Origin: Curvibacter sp.
GTDB lineage: Bacteria; Pseudomonadota; Gammaproteobacteria; Burkholderiales; Burkholderiaceae_C
Direction: 5' to 3'
Assembly (NCBI GenBank): GCA_020621965.1
Contig: JAHRYV010000013.1
Span: forward strand, 41 to 64,040
DNA length: 64,000 nt
The notes under the pieces are model-generated. The model saw nothing but the letters and a program-made list of their open reading frames with translations. It was not told the DNA's origin and made no database searches. A program made the position numbers and the translations under genes. Shown here one piece after another: positions 22,478 through 32,259 of the stretch; the first letter of the stretch is position 1, and each line of letters starts with the position of its first letter.

Positions 22478-22598
22478 ATTGACGCAATTCCGGGCCGGCC
22501 AGTCTATAACCGGGACGGGTGGCGCCATATAGCCCATTTGGGTAGTCCCGCCTACTCAACGAGGGGGATAGCAAAGACGGTACCCCCACCCCTACGAT
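22478..22598. promoter_or_regulatory. Divergent promoter region with three 16-bp 7-2-7 boxes (22507-22522, 22530-22545, 22553-22568)
   Basis: central TAGCCCA-TT-TGGGTAG; flanking boxes 23 bp either side, each abutting a TAGnnn -35-like hexamer. Confidence 0.6.
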
Positions 22599-22695
22599 GC
22601 AGCCGTGAGATCAGAAAAAGGGCCTATCCCGGAGCCCGGCAAGTGTCAGTAGTGCATGACCGCCGTCGTCAAACACGGCACCTAGGAGACAAGAC

Positions 22696-23994
22696 ATGGC
22701 TAAGAAGATGCATCCCACCCCGATGCTCGACGAGCTCGAGAGCGGCCCGTGGCCCAGTTTCGTGACCGGCCTCAAGCGCCTGGCCAAGGACAAGGACTAC
22801 ATGGTTGACCTCATGGGTCAGCTGGAGACGTCCTACCAGACCCGCAAGGGCTACTGGAAGGGCGGCACGGTCGGCGTGTTCGGCTACGGCGGCGGCGTGA
22901 TCCCGCGCTTCACCGAGCTCAAAGACGCCGACGGCAAACCGCAGTTCCCCGACGCCGCCGAGTTCCACACCCTGCGCGTGCAGCCGCCCCCGGGCATGCA
23001 CTACAACACCGACATCCTGCGCAAGTTCTGCGACATCTGGGAGAAGCATGGCTCCGGCCTGATCGCCTTCCACGGCCAGTCGGGCGACATCATGTTCCAG
23101 GGCGCCAAGACCGACAAGGTGCAGGACGCCTTCGACGAGATCAACGAACTGGGCTTCGACCTGGGCGGCGCCGGCCCGGCCGTGCGCACCTCCATGTCCT
23201 GCGTGGGCGCCGCGCGCTGCGAGCAGTCCTGCTACGACGAGGCCAAGGCCCACCGCGAGGTGCTCAACACCTTCACCGACGACATCCACCGTCCGGCCCT
23301 GCCCTACAAGTTCAAGTTCAAGTTCTCGGGCTGCGCGAACGACTGCATGAACTCGATCCAGCGCTCGGACATGGCCATCATCGGCACCTGGCGCGACAAC
23401 ATGCGCACCGACGAGGCGCTGGCGCGCAAGTGGTTCGCCAAGCACGGCATGAACGAGCTGGTCAACGACGTGATCAACCGCTGCCCGACCAAGACCATCA
23501 TGCTCAAGGAAGTCAAGGACGTCGCCAAGGGCGACAAGATTTCCAGCGTGAAGATCAACGACACCCAGTGCCTGGAGATCGACAACAGCAACTGCGTGCG
23601 CTGCATGCACTGCGTCAACGTCATGACCGGCGCGCTGGCCCACGGCACCGACACCGGCGCCACCATCCTGGTGGGCGGCAAGCGCACGCTGAAGATCGGC
23701 GACCTGATGGGTACCGTGGTGGTGCCCTTCATGCCGCTCAAGACCGACGCGGACTACAAGGCGCTGGTCGATCTGGGCAAGCGCATCATCGACTTCTTCG
23801 CCGAGAACGCGCTGGAGCACGAGCGCACCGGCGAGATGATCGAGCGCATCGGCCTGGTCAACTTCCTCGAAGGCGTCGAGCTGGAGGTGGACCCGAACAT
23901 GGTGTCCACACCGCGCACCAACCCCTACGTGCGCACCGACGGCTGGGACGAGGACGCCGCCAAGTACATGGCGCGCAAGCAGGCGGCAGGCTGA
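22696..23994 (+). CDS. dsrA: Dissimilatory sulfite reductase alpha subunit (reverse type)
   Basis: ELESGPWPSF, WKGGTVGV.GYGGG, siroheme Cx5C...FKFSGCANDC. Confidence 0.98.
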   Translation: MAKKMHPTPMLDELESGPWPSFVTGLKRLAKDKDYMVDLMGQLETSYQTRKGYWKGGTVGVFGYGGGVIPRFTELKDADGKPQFPDAAEFHTLRVQPPPGMHYNTDILRKFCDIWEKHGSGLIAFHGQSGDIMFQGAKTDKVQDAFDEINELGFDLGGAGPAVRTSMSCVGAARCEQSCYDEAKAHREVLNTFTDDIHRPALPYKFKFKFSGCANDCMNSIQRSDMAIIGTWRDNMRTDEALARKWFAKHGMNELVNDVINRCPTKTIMLKEVKDVAKGDKISSVKINDTQCLEIDNSNCVRCMHCVNVMTGALAHGTDTGATILVGGKRTLKIGDLMGTVVVPFMPLKTDADYKALVDLGKRIIDFFAENALEHERTGEMIERIGLVNFLEGVELEVDPNMVSTPRTNPYVRTDGWDEDAAKYMARKQAAG

Positions 23995-24051
23995 GCCCGG
24001 CGAACGCTGCATCCCTCATCCTCCACACAACGATCACGGGAAGACAAACAC

Positions 24052-25122
24052 ATGGCTCAAATGCGTACCCCCATCGAGAGCGGCGTGCCGGACAACAAGC
24101 AGTACCTGCACCCCACGCTGCTGAAGAACTACGGCAACTGGAAATACCACGACCGGCCGCGCCCGGGCGTGCTGCACCACGTCTCGCACAGCGGTGACGA
24201 GGTCTGGAGCGTGCGTGCCGGCACCCAGCGGCAGATGGATGTCTACACCATCCGCAAGCTCTGCGACATCGCCGACACCTATGCCGAAGGGCATGTGCGG
24301 TTCACGATCCGCTCCAACATCGAGTTCATGGTCAGCGACCCGAACAAGGTGGCGCCGCTGATCAGCGCGCTGGAGGAAAGCGGTTTCCCCGTGGGCGGCA
24401 CCGGCAACTCGGTCTCCATGATCTCCCACACCCAGGGCTGGCTGCACTGCGACATCCCGGGCACCGACGCCTCGGGCGCCGTCAAGGCCCTGATGGACGA
24501 GCTCTACGACGAGTTCCGCCGTGAGGAGATGCCCAACCGCGTGCACATGTCCACCAGCTGCTGCGAGATCAACTGCGGCGGCCAGGCCGACATCGCCATC
24601 ATCGTGCAGCACACCAAGCCGCCCAAGATCAACCACGACCTGGTGGCCAACGCCTGCGAGCGCCCGGCCGTGGTGGCCCGCTGCCCGGTGGCCGCCATCC
24701 GCCCGGCCCTGGTCAACGGCAAGCCCTCGCTGGAAGTCGACGAGAAGAAATGTATCTGCTGCGGCGCCTGCTACCCACCCTGCCCGCCCATGCAGATCAA
24801 CGACCCGGAGCATTCCAAGCTGGCCATCTGGGTCGGCGGGAAGAACTCCAACGCGCGCGGCAAGCCCACCTTCATGAAGATGGTGGCCTCGGGTCTGCCC
24901 AACAACCCGCCGCGCTGGCCCGAAGTTTCGGCCATGGTGAAGAAGATTCTCTACACCTACAAGGAAGACGCCCGCCCCTGGGAGCGCCTGTCGGACTGGA
25001 TCGAGCGCATCGGCTGGCCGCGTTTCTTCGAGAAGTGCGACCTGCCCTTCACCAAGTACCTGATCGACGACTGGCGCGGTTCGCGCGCCAACCTCAACGC
25101 GTCGACCCACATCCGCTTCTGA
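24052..25122 (+). CDS. dsrB: Dissimilatory sulfite reductase beta subunit
   Basis: HTQGWLHCDIP, CCEINCG, PNNPPRWPE, ERIGWPRFF. Confidence 0.98.
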   Translation: MAQMRTPIESGVPDNKQYLHPTLLKNYGNWKYHDRPRPGVLHHVSHSGDEVWSVRAGTQRQMDVYTIRKLCDIADTYAEGHVRFTIRSNIEFMVSDPNKVAPLISALEESGFPVGGTGNSVSMISHTQGWLHCDIPGTDASGAVKALMDELYDEFRREEMPNRVHMSTSCCEINCGGQADIAIIVQHTKPPKINHDLVANACERPAVVARCPVAAIRPALVNGKPSLEVDEKKCICCGACYPPCPPMQINDPEHSKLAIWVGGKNSNARGKPTFMKMVASGLPNNPPRWPEVSAMVKKILYTYKEDARPWERLSDWIERIGWPRFFEKCDLPFTKYLIDDWRGSRANLNASTHIRF

Positions 25123-25146
25123 GCGCCACAGACTAACGACAACGAT

Positions 25147-25506
25147 ATGAAATTCGGATTACTCGTCAGCGAAGGGCCTTACACCCATCAGGCCTCCGAC
25201 AGCGCCTACCAGTTCGTCGTGGCGGCCCTGGCCAAGGGCCATGAAGTCCAGCGCGTCTTCTTCTATCACGATGGCGTGAACAACGCCACGCGACTGACGG
25301 AGCCGCCGCAGGACGACCGCCACATCGTCAACCGCTGGTCCGAGCTGGCCGCCAAGCACAAGGTCGATCTCGTGGTCTGCGTGGCCGCGGCCCTGCGCCG
25401 CGGCATCAAGGAAGAGGTGCTGGCCCCGGGCTTTCGCATCTCGGGCCTGGGCCAGCTGGTGGACAGCGGCATCAAGGCCGACCGCCTTGTGACCTTCGGC
25501 GACTGA
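25147..25506 (+). CDS. dsrE: Sulfurtransferase DsrE
   Basis: FFYHDGV, active-site VCVAAALRRG. Confidence 0.95.
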   Translation: MKFGLLVSEGPYTHQASDSAYQFVVAALAKGHEVQRVFFYHDGVNNATRLTEPPQDDRHIVNRWSELAAKHKVDLVVCVAAALRRGIKEEVLAPGFRISGLGQLVDSGIKADRLVTFGD

Positions 25507-25516
25507 GAGGAAAAGA

Positions 25517-25873
25517 ATGAAGAAATTCATGTTCGTCAACCGCAAGGCACCCTACGGCACGATCTACGCGCTGGAGAGCCTGGAGGTGGTGCTGATCACC
25601 GCGACCTTCGACCAGGACGTGAGCCTGGTCTTCATGGACGACGGCGTCTACGAGCTGGTCAAGGGCCAGCAGACCAAGGAGATCGGCATCAAGAACTTCT
25701 CGCCCAGCTACCGCGCGCTCGAAGGCTACGACGTGGAGAAACTCTACGTCGACGCCGACTCGCTGAAGGCACGCGGCCTGACCGAGAAGGACCTGCTGGT
25801 GCCGGTGGAAGTGCTGGAGACGGCGCAGATGGCCGAGCTGATGGCGCAACAGGACGTGGTCCTGAGTTTCTGA
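25517..25873 (+). CDS. dsrF: DsrF
   Basis: RKAPYGTIYALESLE, F.DDGVY. Confidence 0.95.
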   Translation: MKKFMFVNRKAPYGTIYALESLEVVLITATFDQDVSLVFMDDGVYELVKGQQTKEIGIKNFSPSYRALEGYDVEKLYVDADSLKARGLTEKDLLVPVEVLETAQMAELMAQQDVVLSF

Positions 25874-25886
25874 GGAGTACCACCCC

Positions 25887-26186
25887 ATGCTGCACATCGT
25901 CAACAAATCCCCCTACCAGGCCCGCTCGCTGGAGAGCTGCCTGCGCATGGCCCTGCCCGGCCATGCCGTGCTGCTGATCGAGGACGGCATCTATGCCGCC
26001 ACCGCCGGCAGCAACGTGGAGGCCCGCGTGCGCGAGGCCGCCGGCAAGGTCAAGTTCTACGCCCTCAAGCCCGACATGGAAGCCCGCGGCGTCGCCGCCC
26101 GCGCCCTGGACGGCGTGACGCTGGTGGACTACGGCGGTTTCGTCGACCTGGTGGCCGAGCACGGCACCCCGAATTCCTGGCTCTGA
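25887..26186 (+). CDS. dsrH: DsrH
   Basis: MLHIVNKSP, LLIEDG.Y, DY.GFVDLV. Confidence 0.95.
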   Translation: MLHIVNKSPYQARSLESCLRMALPGHAVLLIEDGIYAATAGSNVEARVREAAGKVKFYALKPDMEARGVAARALDGVTLVDYGGFVDLVAEHGTPNSWL

Positions 26187-26229
26187 GCGCCAGACCATAA
26201 AACTTATTTGACAACCTGAGGAGAGCAAG

Positions 26230-26562
26230 ATGGGCATCGAAGTCAACGGCAGCACCTACGAGACCGACGAGGAAGGCTACCTGATCAACCTGGCCGACTG
26301 GAACAAGGACATCGCCGAGTACATCGCGGCCGAAGAGAAGGTTCCGCTGACCGACAACCACTGGGAAGTGATCAACTTCCTGCGTGACTACTACAACGAG
26401 TACCAGATCGCTCCGGCCGTGCGCGTGCTGACCAAGGCCATCGGCAAGCAGTTTGGCGAGGAAAAGGGCAACAGCAAGTACCTGTACGACCTGTTCCCCT
26501 ACGGCCCCGCCAAGCAGGCCTGCAAGATCGCCGGTCTGCCCAAGCCCACGGGCTGCGTCTAA
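26230..26562 (+). CDS. dsrC: DsrC sulfur carrier (both C-terminal Cys present)
   Basis: GPAKQACKIAGLPKPTGCV. Confidence 0.97.
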   Translation: MGIEVNGSTYETDEEGYLINLADWNKDIAEYIAAEEKVPLTDNHWEVINFLRDYYNEYQIAPAVRVLTKAIGKQFGEEKGNSKYLYDLFPYGPAKQACKIAGLPKPTGCV

Positions 26563-26571
26563 GACACACGG

Positions 26572-26647
26572 TTCTTTCGGCTGCGTGCAGCAGTCTGGCG
26601 TCGGCAGGCCCGTCCTGCTGATGCTGGCTGGCTGCACCCTGAAAGAA
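26572..26647 (+). other. Long imperfect RNA hairpin between dsrC and dsrM
   Basis: nested stems TTCTTTC/GAAAGAA, GTGCAGC/GCTGCAC, GGCGTCGGCAGG/CCTGCTGATGCT (three G-U pairs). Confidence 0.7.
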
Positions 26648-26687
26648 AGCTCGACGGTCTGACTGATTGAACCAAGGCTAACGTGCG

Positions 26688-27416
26688 ATGAGTGCTCTCT
26701 CCCTCTTCTACGCTGCGCTGTTTTACTTTGCCACCGCGGTCCTGGTGCTGGGCCTGGCGCGCAAGATCCGGCAGTACGCCCGCACGCCGGCGCCGCTGAA
26801 GATCGCCCTCACCCCCGCCCCCGTCACCCCGGCCGGTGTGCCCTGGCGCCTGGCGCGCGAGGTGGTGTTCTTCGAAAGCCTGTTTCGCTCCAGCAAATGG
26901 ACCTGGATCTTCGGCTGGCTCTTCCATGCCGCCTTGCTGCTGGTGCTGCTGCGCCACGTGCGCTATTTCCAGGAACCGGTCTGGACCGTCATCACCCTGA
27001 TCCAGCCCTTCGGCACCTACGCCGGCTTCGCCATGGTGGCGGGCCTGGGCGGCCTGTGGGCGCGCCGCTTCCTGGTGGACCGCGTGCGCTACATCTCCAC
27101 TCCGTCGGACCACCTGATGCTGGCGCTGCTCATCGCCATCGGCCTCACCGGTCTGGCCATGCGTTTCGTGCGCCACACCGACATCGTGGCCGTCAAGGCC
27201 TACATGCTGGGCCTGACGCGCTTCGACATCCAGCCGCTGCCTACGGAACCGGTGCTGCTCGTGCACCTGGGCCTGGTAGCGCTGCTGATGATCATCTTCC
27301 CCATCAGCAAGCTGCTGCACGCCCCGGGCCTGTTCTTCAGCCCGACGCGCAACATGGCCGACAACCCGCGTGAGGCGCGCCACCAGGCCGCCTGGGCCGC
27401 CGCCCTCGACAAGTAA
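26688..27416 (+). CDS. dsrM: DsrM membrane cytochrome b (NarI-like)
   Basis: WLFH...LRH, R.RYIS.PSD, PISKLLH. Confidence 0.95.
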   Translation: MSALSLFYAALFYFATAVLVLGLARKIRQYARTPAPLKIALTPAPVTPAGVPWRLAREVVFFESLFRSSKWTWIFGWLFHAALLLVLLRHVRYFQEPVWTVITLIQPFGTYAGFAMVAGLGGLWARRFLVDRVRYISTPSDHLMLALLIAIGLTGLAMRFVRHTDIVAVKAYMLGLTRFDIQPLPTEPVLLVHLGLVALLMIIFPISKLLHAPGLFFSPTRNMADNPREARHQAAWAAALDK

Positions 27417-27441
27417 ACCGCGAACGGAGCCCCCCCGCACC

Positions 27442-28971
27442 ATGGCCACCGCCGCCTTCGACACCCCGAAGCTCAAGGAATACCCGGTCATCCCGCTGAT
27501 CCAGGTGGGCGCGACCTCGCACCTCAAGCCCTTTGTCGCCAACGAGGCGATCCAGAAAAACCTGGGCTTCCCCGGCGAGCTGGTGGAGGACTGGCAGGCC
27601 AAGGCCATCGCCAAGATGGGCGAGCTGCTGGGCAAATACCGCTCGCTGCAGGTCTATATGGACGCCTGCGTGCATTGCGGCGCCTGCTCCGACAAGTGCC
27701 ACTACTTCCTCGGCACGCAAGACCCCAAGAACATGCCGGTGGCGCGCCAGGACCTGCTGCGCCAGGTCTACCGCCGCTACTTCACCTTCGCCGGCAAGTA
27801 TTTCCCCTGGCTCGTCGGCGCCAAGGACCTGACCAAGGACGTGCTGGACGAGTGGTACAGCTACTACTACCAGTGCTCGGAATGCCGCCGTTGCTCGGTG
27901 TTCTGCCCCTACGGCATCGACACCGCCGAAGTCACCATGGCCGCGCGCGAGATCATGGACTCGATCGGCATGGGCCAGAAGTACGCCAACGAGATCATCG
28001 GCAAGGTACACCGCATCGGCAACAACCTGGGCATCCCCGGCCCGGCGCTGGCCGACACCCTGGAAGGCCTGGAAGAGGACACCAAGGACGAGACCGGCGT
28101 GGACGTGCGTTTCCCGCTGGACGTCAAGGGCGCCGAGGTGCTGCTGGTCACTCCCTCGGCCGACTTCTTCTCCGAGCCGCACGTGGACAGCCTGATCGGC
28201 TACGCCAAGGTCTTCCACGCCGCGGGCGTGAGCTGGACGCTGTCGTCCAAGGCCAGCGAGGCCGGCAACTTCGGCATGTTCATCGGCAACTACGAGCAGC
28301 TGCACAAGATCGCGCTGCGCATCCGCGAGGCTGCCCTGGAGCTGGGCGTCAAGCGCATCGTGGTCGGCGAGTGCGGCCATGCCTGGCGCGTGGCGTACAG
28401 CTTCTGGAACACGCTGGTGGGCATCGGCGCGGGCGGCAAGGACCCTTACGCCATCGAACTGCAGAACCAGCTGGACCACCGCTACAAGCAGCCCATGCAC
28501 ATCTGCGAGTTCACGCACGACCTGATCCAGCGCGGCGCGCTCACGTTCGACAAGGAAAAGAACGACAAGCGCATCATCACCTTCCATGACTCGTGCAACG
28601 TGGCGCGGGCCTCGCGCATGGGCGACTTCGCCGGTGGTCAGTTCGTCATCCCGCGCGACATCATCAAGGCCGTGGCCAACAACTTCCACGACATGGCCCC
28701 GGAAACCATCTTCGAATCCACCTTCTGCTGCGGCGGCGGCGGCGGCCTGCTGACCGACGACCTGCTGGAGCTGCGCGTCAAGGGCGCCCTGCCCCGCATG
28801 GAGGCGCTCAAGAACGTGGTGGACGAGCACAACGTGAACTTCATGGCCACCATCTGCGCCATCTGCAAGGCCCAGTTCACCAAGGTACTGCCGCAGTACG
28901 GCTTCGACATGGGCATGGTGGGCGGCGTCCACCAGCTCGTGAGCACGGCCATCCGCCTCGGCGACAAGTAA
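27442..28971 (+). CDS. dsrK: DsrK heterodisulfide-reductase-like Fe-S protein
   Basis: CVHCGAC..KC, CSECRRC, ECGHAWR, CCGGGGG; start at ATG 27442. Confidence 0.96.
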   Translation: MATAAFDTPKLKEYPVIPLIQVGATSHLKPFVANEAIQKNLGFPGELVEDWQAKAIAKMGELLGKYRSLQVYMDACVHCGACSDKCHYFLGTQDPKNMPVARQDLLRQVYRRYFTFAGKYFPWLVGAKDLTKDVLDEWYSYYYQCSECRRCSVFCPYGIDTAEVTMAAREIMDSIGMGQKYANEIIGKVHRIGNNLGIPGPALADTLEGLEEDTKDETGVDVRFPLDVKGAEVLLVTPSADFFSEPHVDSLIGYAKVFHAAGVSWTLSSKASEAGNFGMFIGNYEQLHKIALRIREAALELGVKRIVVGECGHAWRVAYSFWNTLVGIGAGGKDPYAIELQNQLDHRYKQPMHICEFTHDLIQRGALTFDKEKNDKRIITFHDSCNVARASRMGDFAGGQFVIPRDIIKAVANNFHDMAPETIFESTFCCGGGGGLLTDDLLELRVKGALPRMEALKNVVDEHNVNFMATICAICKAQFTKVLPQYGFDMGMVGGVHQLVSTAIRLGDK

Positions 28972-29015
28972 ACGATCACGATAAACGCGCAACGCACGAT
29001 TACAGGAGACAAGAC

Positions 29016-30974
29016 ATGTCAGCCAACCCCGAATCCGTCAGCGTCAAACCCCTCAACTTCCGGCGCTTCAAGGACGGCGACAACACCCCGCGTCCCTGGC
29101 AGCAGCAGATCTTCAACGCGGACCATTCGCACAAGTGCCCCACCTACATCCAGAGCACGCCGCCCTGCCAGGGCAGCTGCCCCGCGGGTGAGGACATCCG
29201 CGGCTACCTGAACATCGTGCGCGGCATCGAGAAGCCGCCGGCCGGTGTGAAGTGGCAGGAATACGCCTTCCGCCGCCTGACCGAAGCCAACCCCTTCCCC
29301 TCCGTCATGGGCCGCGTCTGCCCGGCGCCCTGCGAATCGGGCTGCAATCGCAACCAGGTGGAAGACTTCGTCGGCATCAACTCGGTCGAGCACTTCCTCG
29401 GCGAGTACGCCATCGCCAACAATCTGGCCTTCAACAAGCCGCAGACCTCCAGCGGCAAGAAAGTCGCGGTCATCGGCGGCGGCCCGGCCGGCCTGTCGGC
29501 GGCCTACCAGCTCGCCCTCAAGGGCCACGCGGTCACCATCTTCGACGAGCGCGAAGAGCTCGGCGGCATGATGCGCTACGGCATCCCGGGTTTCCGCACG
29601 CCGCGCCAGGTGCTGGACGCCGAGATCCAGCGCATCCTGGACCTGGGTGTGCAGACGCGCATGAAAACGCGCATCGGCACCGACGTCACGATGGAGCAGA
29701 TCCGCAAGGACTTTGATGCCGTGTTCCTGGGCCTGGGCGCGCAGTCCGGCCGCGGCCTGCCGGTCGACGGCGCGGACGCCCCCAACTGCGTGACGGCCAC
29801 CTCCTTCCTCAAGGCCTTCAACGACGGCCGCCTGCGCCATGTGGGCAAGCGCGTGGTGGTGGTCGGCGGTGGTGACACCTCCATCGACGTGGCCACCGTG
29901 GCGCGCCGCCTGGGCCACATCGACAAGATCAACCCCAGCGACCGTCCCGAGCACGCCATTGCCGGCCACGTGGCGCACGACGTCGCCTCGGTCTCGGCCA
30001 AGCAGGGCGCCGACGTGACGCTGACCTCCATCTTCTCGGTGGACAAGATGCAGGCCTCCAAACACGAGATCGAGCACGCCCTGTCCGAAGGCATCGCCAT
30101 CCGCGGCGGCTACGCGCCGGTGGGCGTGGTGCGCGGCGCCGACGGCCGCGCCACCGCGCTGCGTGTGATCAAGTGCGAGGCCAAGATCGCCGGCGGCAAG
30201 CTGGAGATCAAGAACATCCCCGGCACCGAGGAAGACCTGCCGGCCGACCTGATCGTCTCGGCCATCGGCCAGGCGGTGGACTTCACCGGTCTGGAAGTGT
30301 TCAACAACGGCAAGGGCGCCGTGCCGGCCGACAAGAACTACCAGGTGCAGGGCCATGAGGGCGTGTTCGCCGGCGGCGACGTGATCCGCCCGCACCTGCT
30401 GACCACGGCCATCGGCCACGGCGCCATTGCCGCCGACGGCATCGACCGCTTCCTGATGGGCGAGGCGCAGGACAAGCGGCCCAAGATCGACGTGCACGCC
30501 TTCGACCTCAAGCGCAAGATGGTCGAGAAGGGCCTGACGCTGAGCGAGGTGCACGAGCCCATTCGCGGCACCGACACCAGCAACGTGGCCATCCACAACT
30601 TCGACAACCGCTCCGACCGCTACGTCATCTCCAGCAAGGAGCTGTTCCTCGGCCACTTCCCCTACACCGCACGCAACAAGCGCACCATCACCAACCTCAC
30701 GGCCGAGGAGGCGCTGGACAACTTCGACGAGCGCCTGCAGGCCCTGGTGGAAGCCCAGGCCCAGGCCGAGGCCAAGCGCTGCATGAGCTGCGGCCAATGC
30801 TTCGAGTGCGACAACTGCGTGGTCTATTGCCCGCAGACCGCCGTGTTCAAGGTGAAGAAGAACCAGGCCACCACCGGCCGCTACGTGGACACCGACTACA
30901 ACAAGTGCATCGGCTGCCACATCTGCCACGACGTCTGCCCCACGGGCTACATCCAGATGGGCCTGGGAGAGTGA
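29016..30974 (+). CDS. dsrL: DsrL NAD(P)H:acceptor iron-sulfur flavoprotein
   Basis: PPCQGSCP, GGGPAG, GGGDT, C-terminal ferredoxin; AGGAG RBS. Confidence 0.95.
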   Translation: MSANPESVSVKPLNFRRFKDGDNTPRPWQQQIFNADHSHKCPTYIQSTPPCQGSCPAGEDIRGYLNIVRGIEKPPAGVKWQEYAFRRLTEANPFPSVMGRVCPAPCESGCNRNQVEDFVGINSVEHFLGEYAIANNLAFNKPQTSSGKKVAVIGGGPAGLSAAYQLALKGHAVTIFDEREELGGMMRYGIPGFRTPRQVLDAEIQRILDLGVQTRMKTRIGTDVTMEQIRKDFDAVFLGLGAQSGRGLPVDGADAPNCVTATSFLKAFNDGRLRHVGKRVVVVGGGDTSIDVATVARRLGHIDKINPSDRPEHAIAGHVAHDVASVSAKQGADVTLTSIFSVDKMQASKHEIEHALSEGIAIRGGYAPVGVVRGADGRATALRVIKCEAKIAGGKLEIKNIPGTEEDLPADLIVSAIGQAVDFTGLEVFNNGKGAVPADKNYQVQGHEGVFAGGDVIRPHLLTTAIGHGAIAADGIDRFLMGEAQDKRPKIDVHAFDLKRKMVEKGLTLSEVHEPIRGTDTSNVAIHNFDNRSDRYVISSKELFLGHFPYTARNKRTITNLTAEEALDNFDERLQALVEAQAQAEAKRCMSCGQCFECDNCVVYCPQTAVFKVKKNQATTGRYVDTDYNKCIGCHICHDVCPTGYIQMGLGE

Positions 30975-30979
30975 TCCGT

Positions 30980-31450
30980 ATGCGCCTGCGCGATCTGTTC
31001 CTCTTGTTCGCCCTGCTGGCCGGTGCATCCGCACAGGCGGCCGACGAGCCGGCCAAGACCGGCCGTGTGCCCAAGCCGGTCATCGAGTCCGCGCGCAGCG
31101 GCCAGTGCGTGGAGCCGGCGGCCGACATGCGGCGCAACCACATGGAATACCTCAAGCACCAGCGTGACGACACCATGCGCGGTGGCGTCCGCGGTGCCAA
31201 GTACAGCCTGAAGGCCTGCATCGAGTGCCACGCCAGCCCGGCCACCAACAGCGTCACCGCCGCGCCGACCAACTTCTGCATCAGCTGCCACAGCTATGCG
31301 GCCGTCAAGGTCGACTGCTTCGAATGCCACGCCACGCAGCCAGGCAAGGCCACGTCCTCCTTCCACCCGCTGGTCCATCCCAGCGGCGCGCATGCCGAGC
31401 TGAGCCGGCAGCTGCGCCAGCTCACGACCACCAGCCCCAAGCAACCCTGA
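30980..31450 (+). CDS. dsrJ: DsrJ periplasmic triheme cytochrome c
   Basis: signal peptide, MRRNHM, three CxxCH. Confidence 0.93.
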   Translation: MRLRDLFLLFALLAGASAQAADEPAKTGRVPKPVIESARSGQCVEPAADMRRNHMEYLKHQRDDTMRGGVRGAKYSLKACIECHASPATNSVTAAPTNFCISCHSYAAVKVDCFECHATQPGKATSSFHPLVHPSGAHAELSRQLRQLTTTSPKQP

Positions 31451-31461
31451 AAACGGCCGCC

Positions 31462-32256
31462 ATGAAACCGGAGACCTCCACCCCCTGCTCCTGCGGATCC
31501 GGCTCCTCCTGCAAGGACGAGCCGAAGAACGAGCGCCGCGGCTTCCTGGGCGTGGCCGCCGCCGGCCTGGCCGGCATCCTGCTGGCACCCGGCGTGCGCC
31601 TGATCGAGGTCGCCCAGGCCGCCACGCCCGCCGGAGCCCCGGCCGGCGCCAGCGCCAAGGTGCGCTGGGGCATGCTGGTCGACACCAGCAAGTGCACACC
31701 CGGCTGCAACGCCTGCGTCACCGCCTGCCAGAGCGAGAACGGCCTGCCCACGAAACCGGGCCCGACCGATGCGCAGTGGATCCGCAAGATCGAGATCAAG
31801 GAAATCAAGACCGGCAAGGCGCACTCGCTGCCCGTGATGTGCCAGCACTGCGCCGAGCCGCCCTGCGTGGACGTCTGCCCCACCGGCGCCTCCTTCAAGC
31901 GCGCCGACGGCATCGTGCTGGTGGACAAGCACATCTGCATCGGCTGCCGCTATTGCGTGATGGCCTGCCCCTACAAGGCGCGCTCCTTCATCCACGAGCC
32001 GCAAACCAACCAGAAACCCGACGTGCCGCGCGGCATGGGCACGGTCGAAGGCTGCACGCTGTGCGTGCACAAGGTGGACAAGGGCGAGAACCCGGCCTGC
32101 ATGACGGCCTGCGCCGCCGCCGGCTACAACGCCATCGTCTTCGGCGACCTCAACGACCCGAACAGCGAGATCTCCAAGCGCGTGGCCCAATACAGCACCC
32201 GCCAGCTGCGCGAGGACCTCAAGCTCGACCCGGGCGTGCGCTACATGGGGCTGTAA
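31462..32256 (+). CDS. dsrO: DsrO periplasmic Fe-S protein (Tat)
   Basis: RRGFL Tat motif, CQHC..PPCV.VCP, CIGCRYC..ACPY. Confidence 0.93.
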   Translation: MKPETSTPCSCGSGSSCKDEPKNERRGFLGVAAAGLAGILLAPGVRLIEVAQAATPAGAPAGASAKVRWGMLVDTSKCTPGCNACVTACQSENGLPTKPGPTDAQWIRKIEIKEIKTGKAHSLPVMCQHCAEPPCVDVCPTGASFKRADGIVLVDKHICIGCRYCVMACPYKARSFIHEPQTNQKPDVPRGMGTVEGCTLCVHKVDKGENPACMTACAAAGYNAIVFGDLNDPNSEISKRVAQYSTRQLREDLKLDPGVRYMGL

Positions 32257-32259
32257 ACA

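Noticed and set aside
22479-22510. Sigma70 promoter TTGACG...TATAAC for dsrA
   Set aside because: Spacer is 20 bp, too long; the sequence is better explained as the minus-strand promoter
20400-22700. CRISPR array near the cas6-like gene
   Set aside because: No regularly spaced direct repeats with unique spacers seen here or elsewhere in the window; no cas1/2/3/5/7/8
24008-24034. ECF-like TGCATCC-N16-CGAT between dsrA and dsrB
   Set aside because: -10 element mismatches CGTA and sits too close to the dsrB RBS; probably chance
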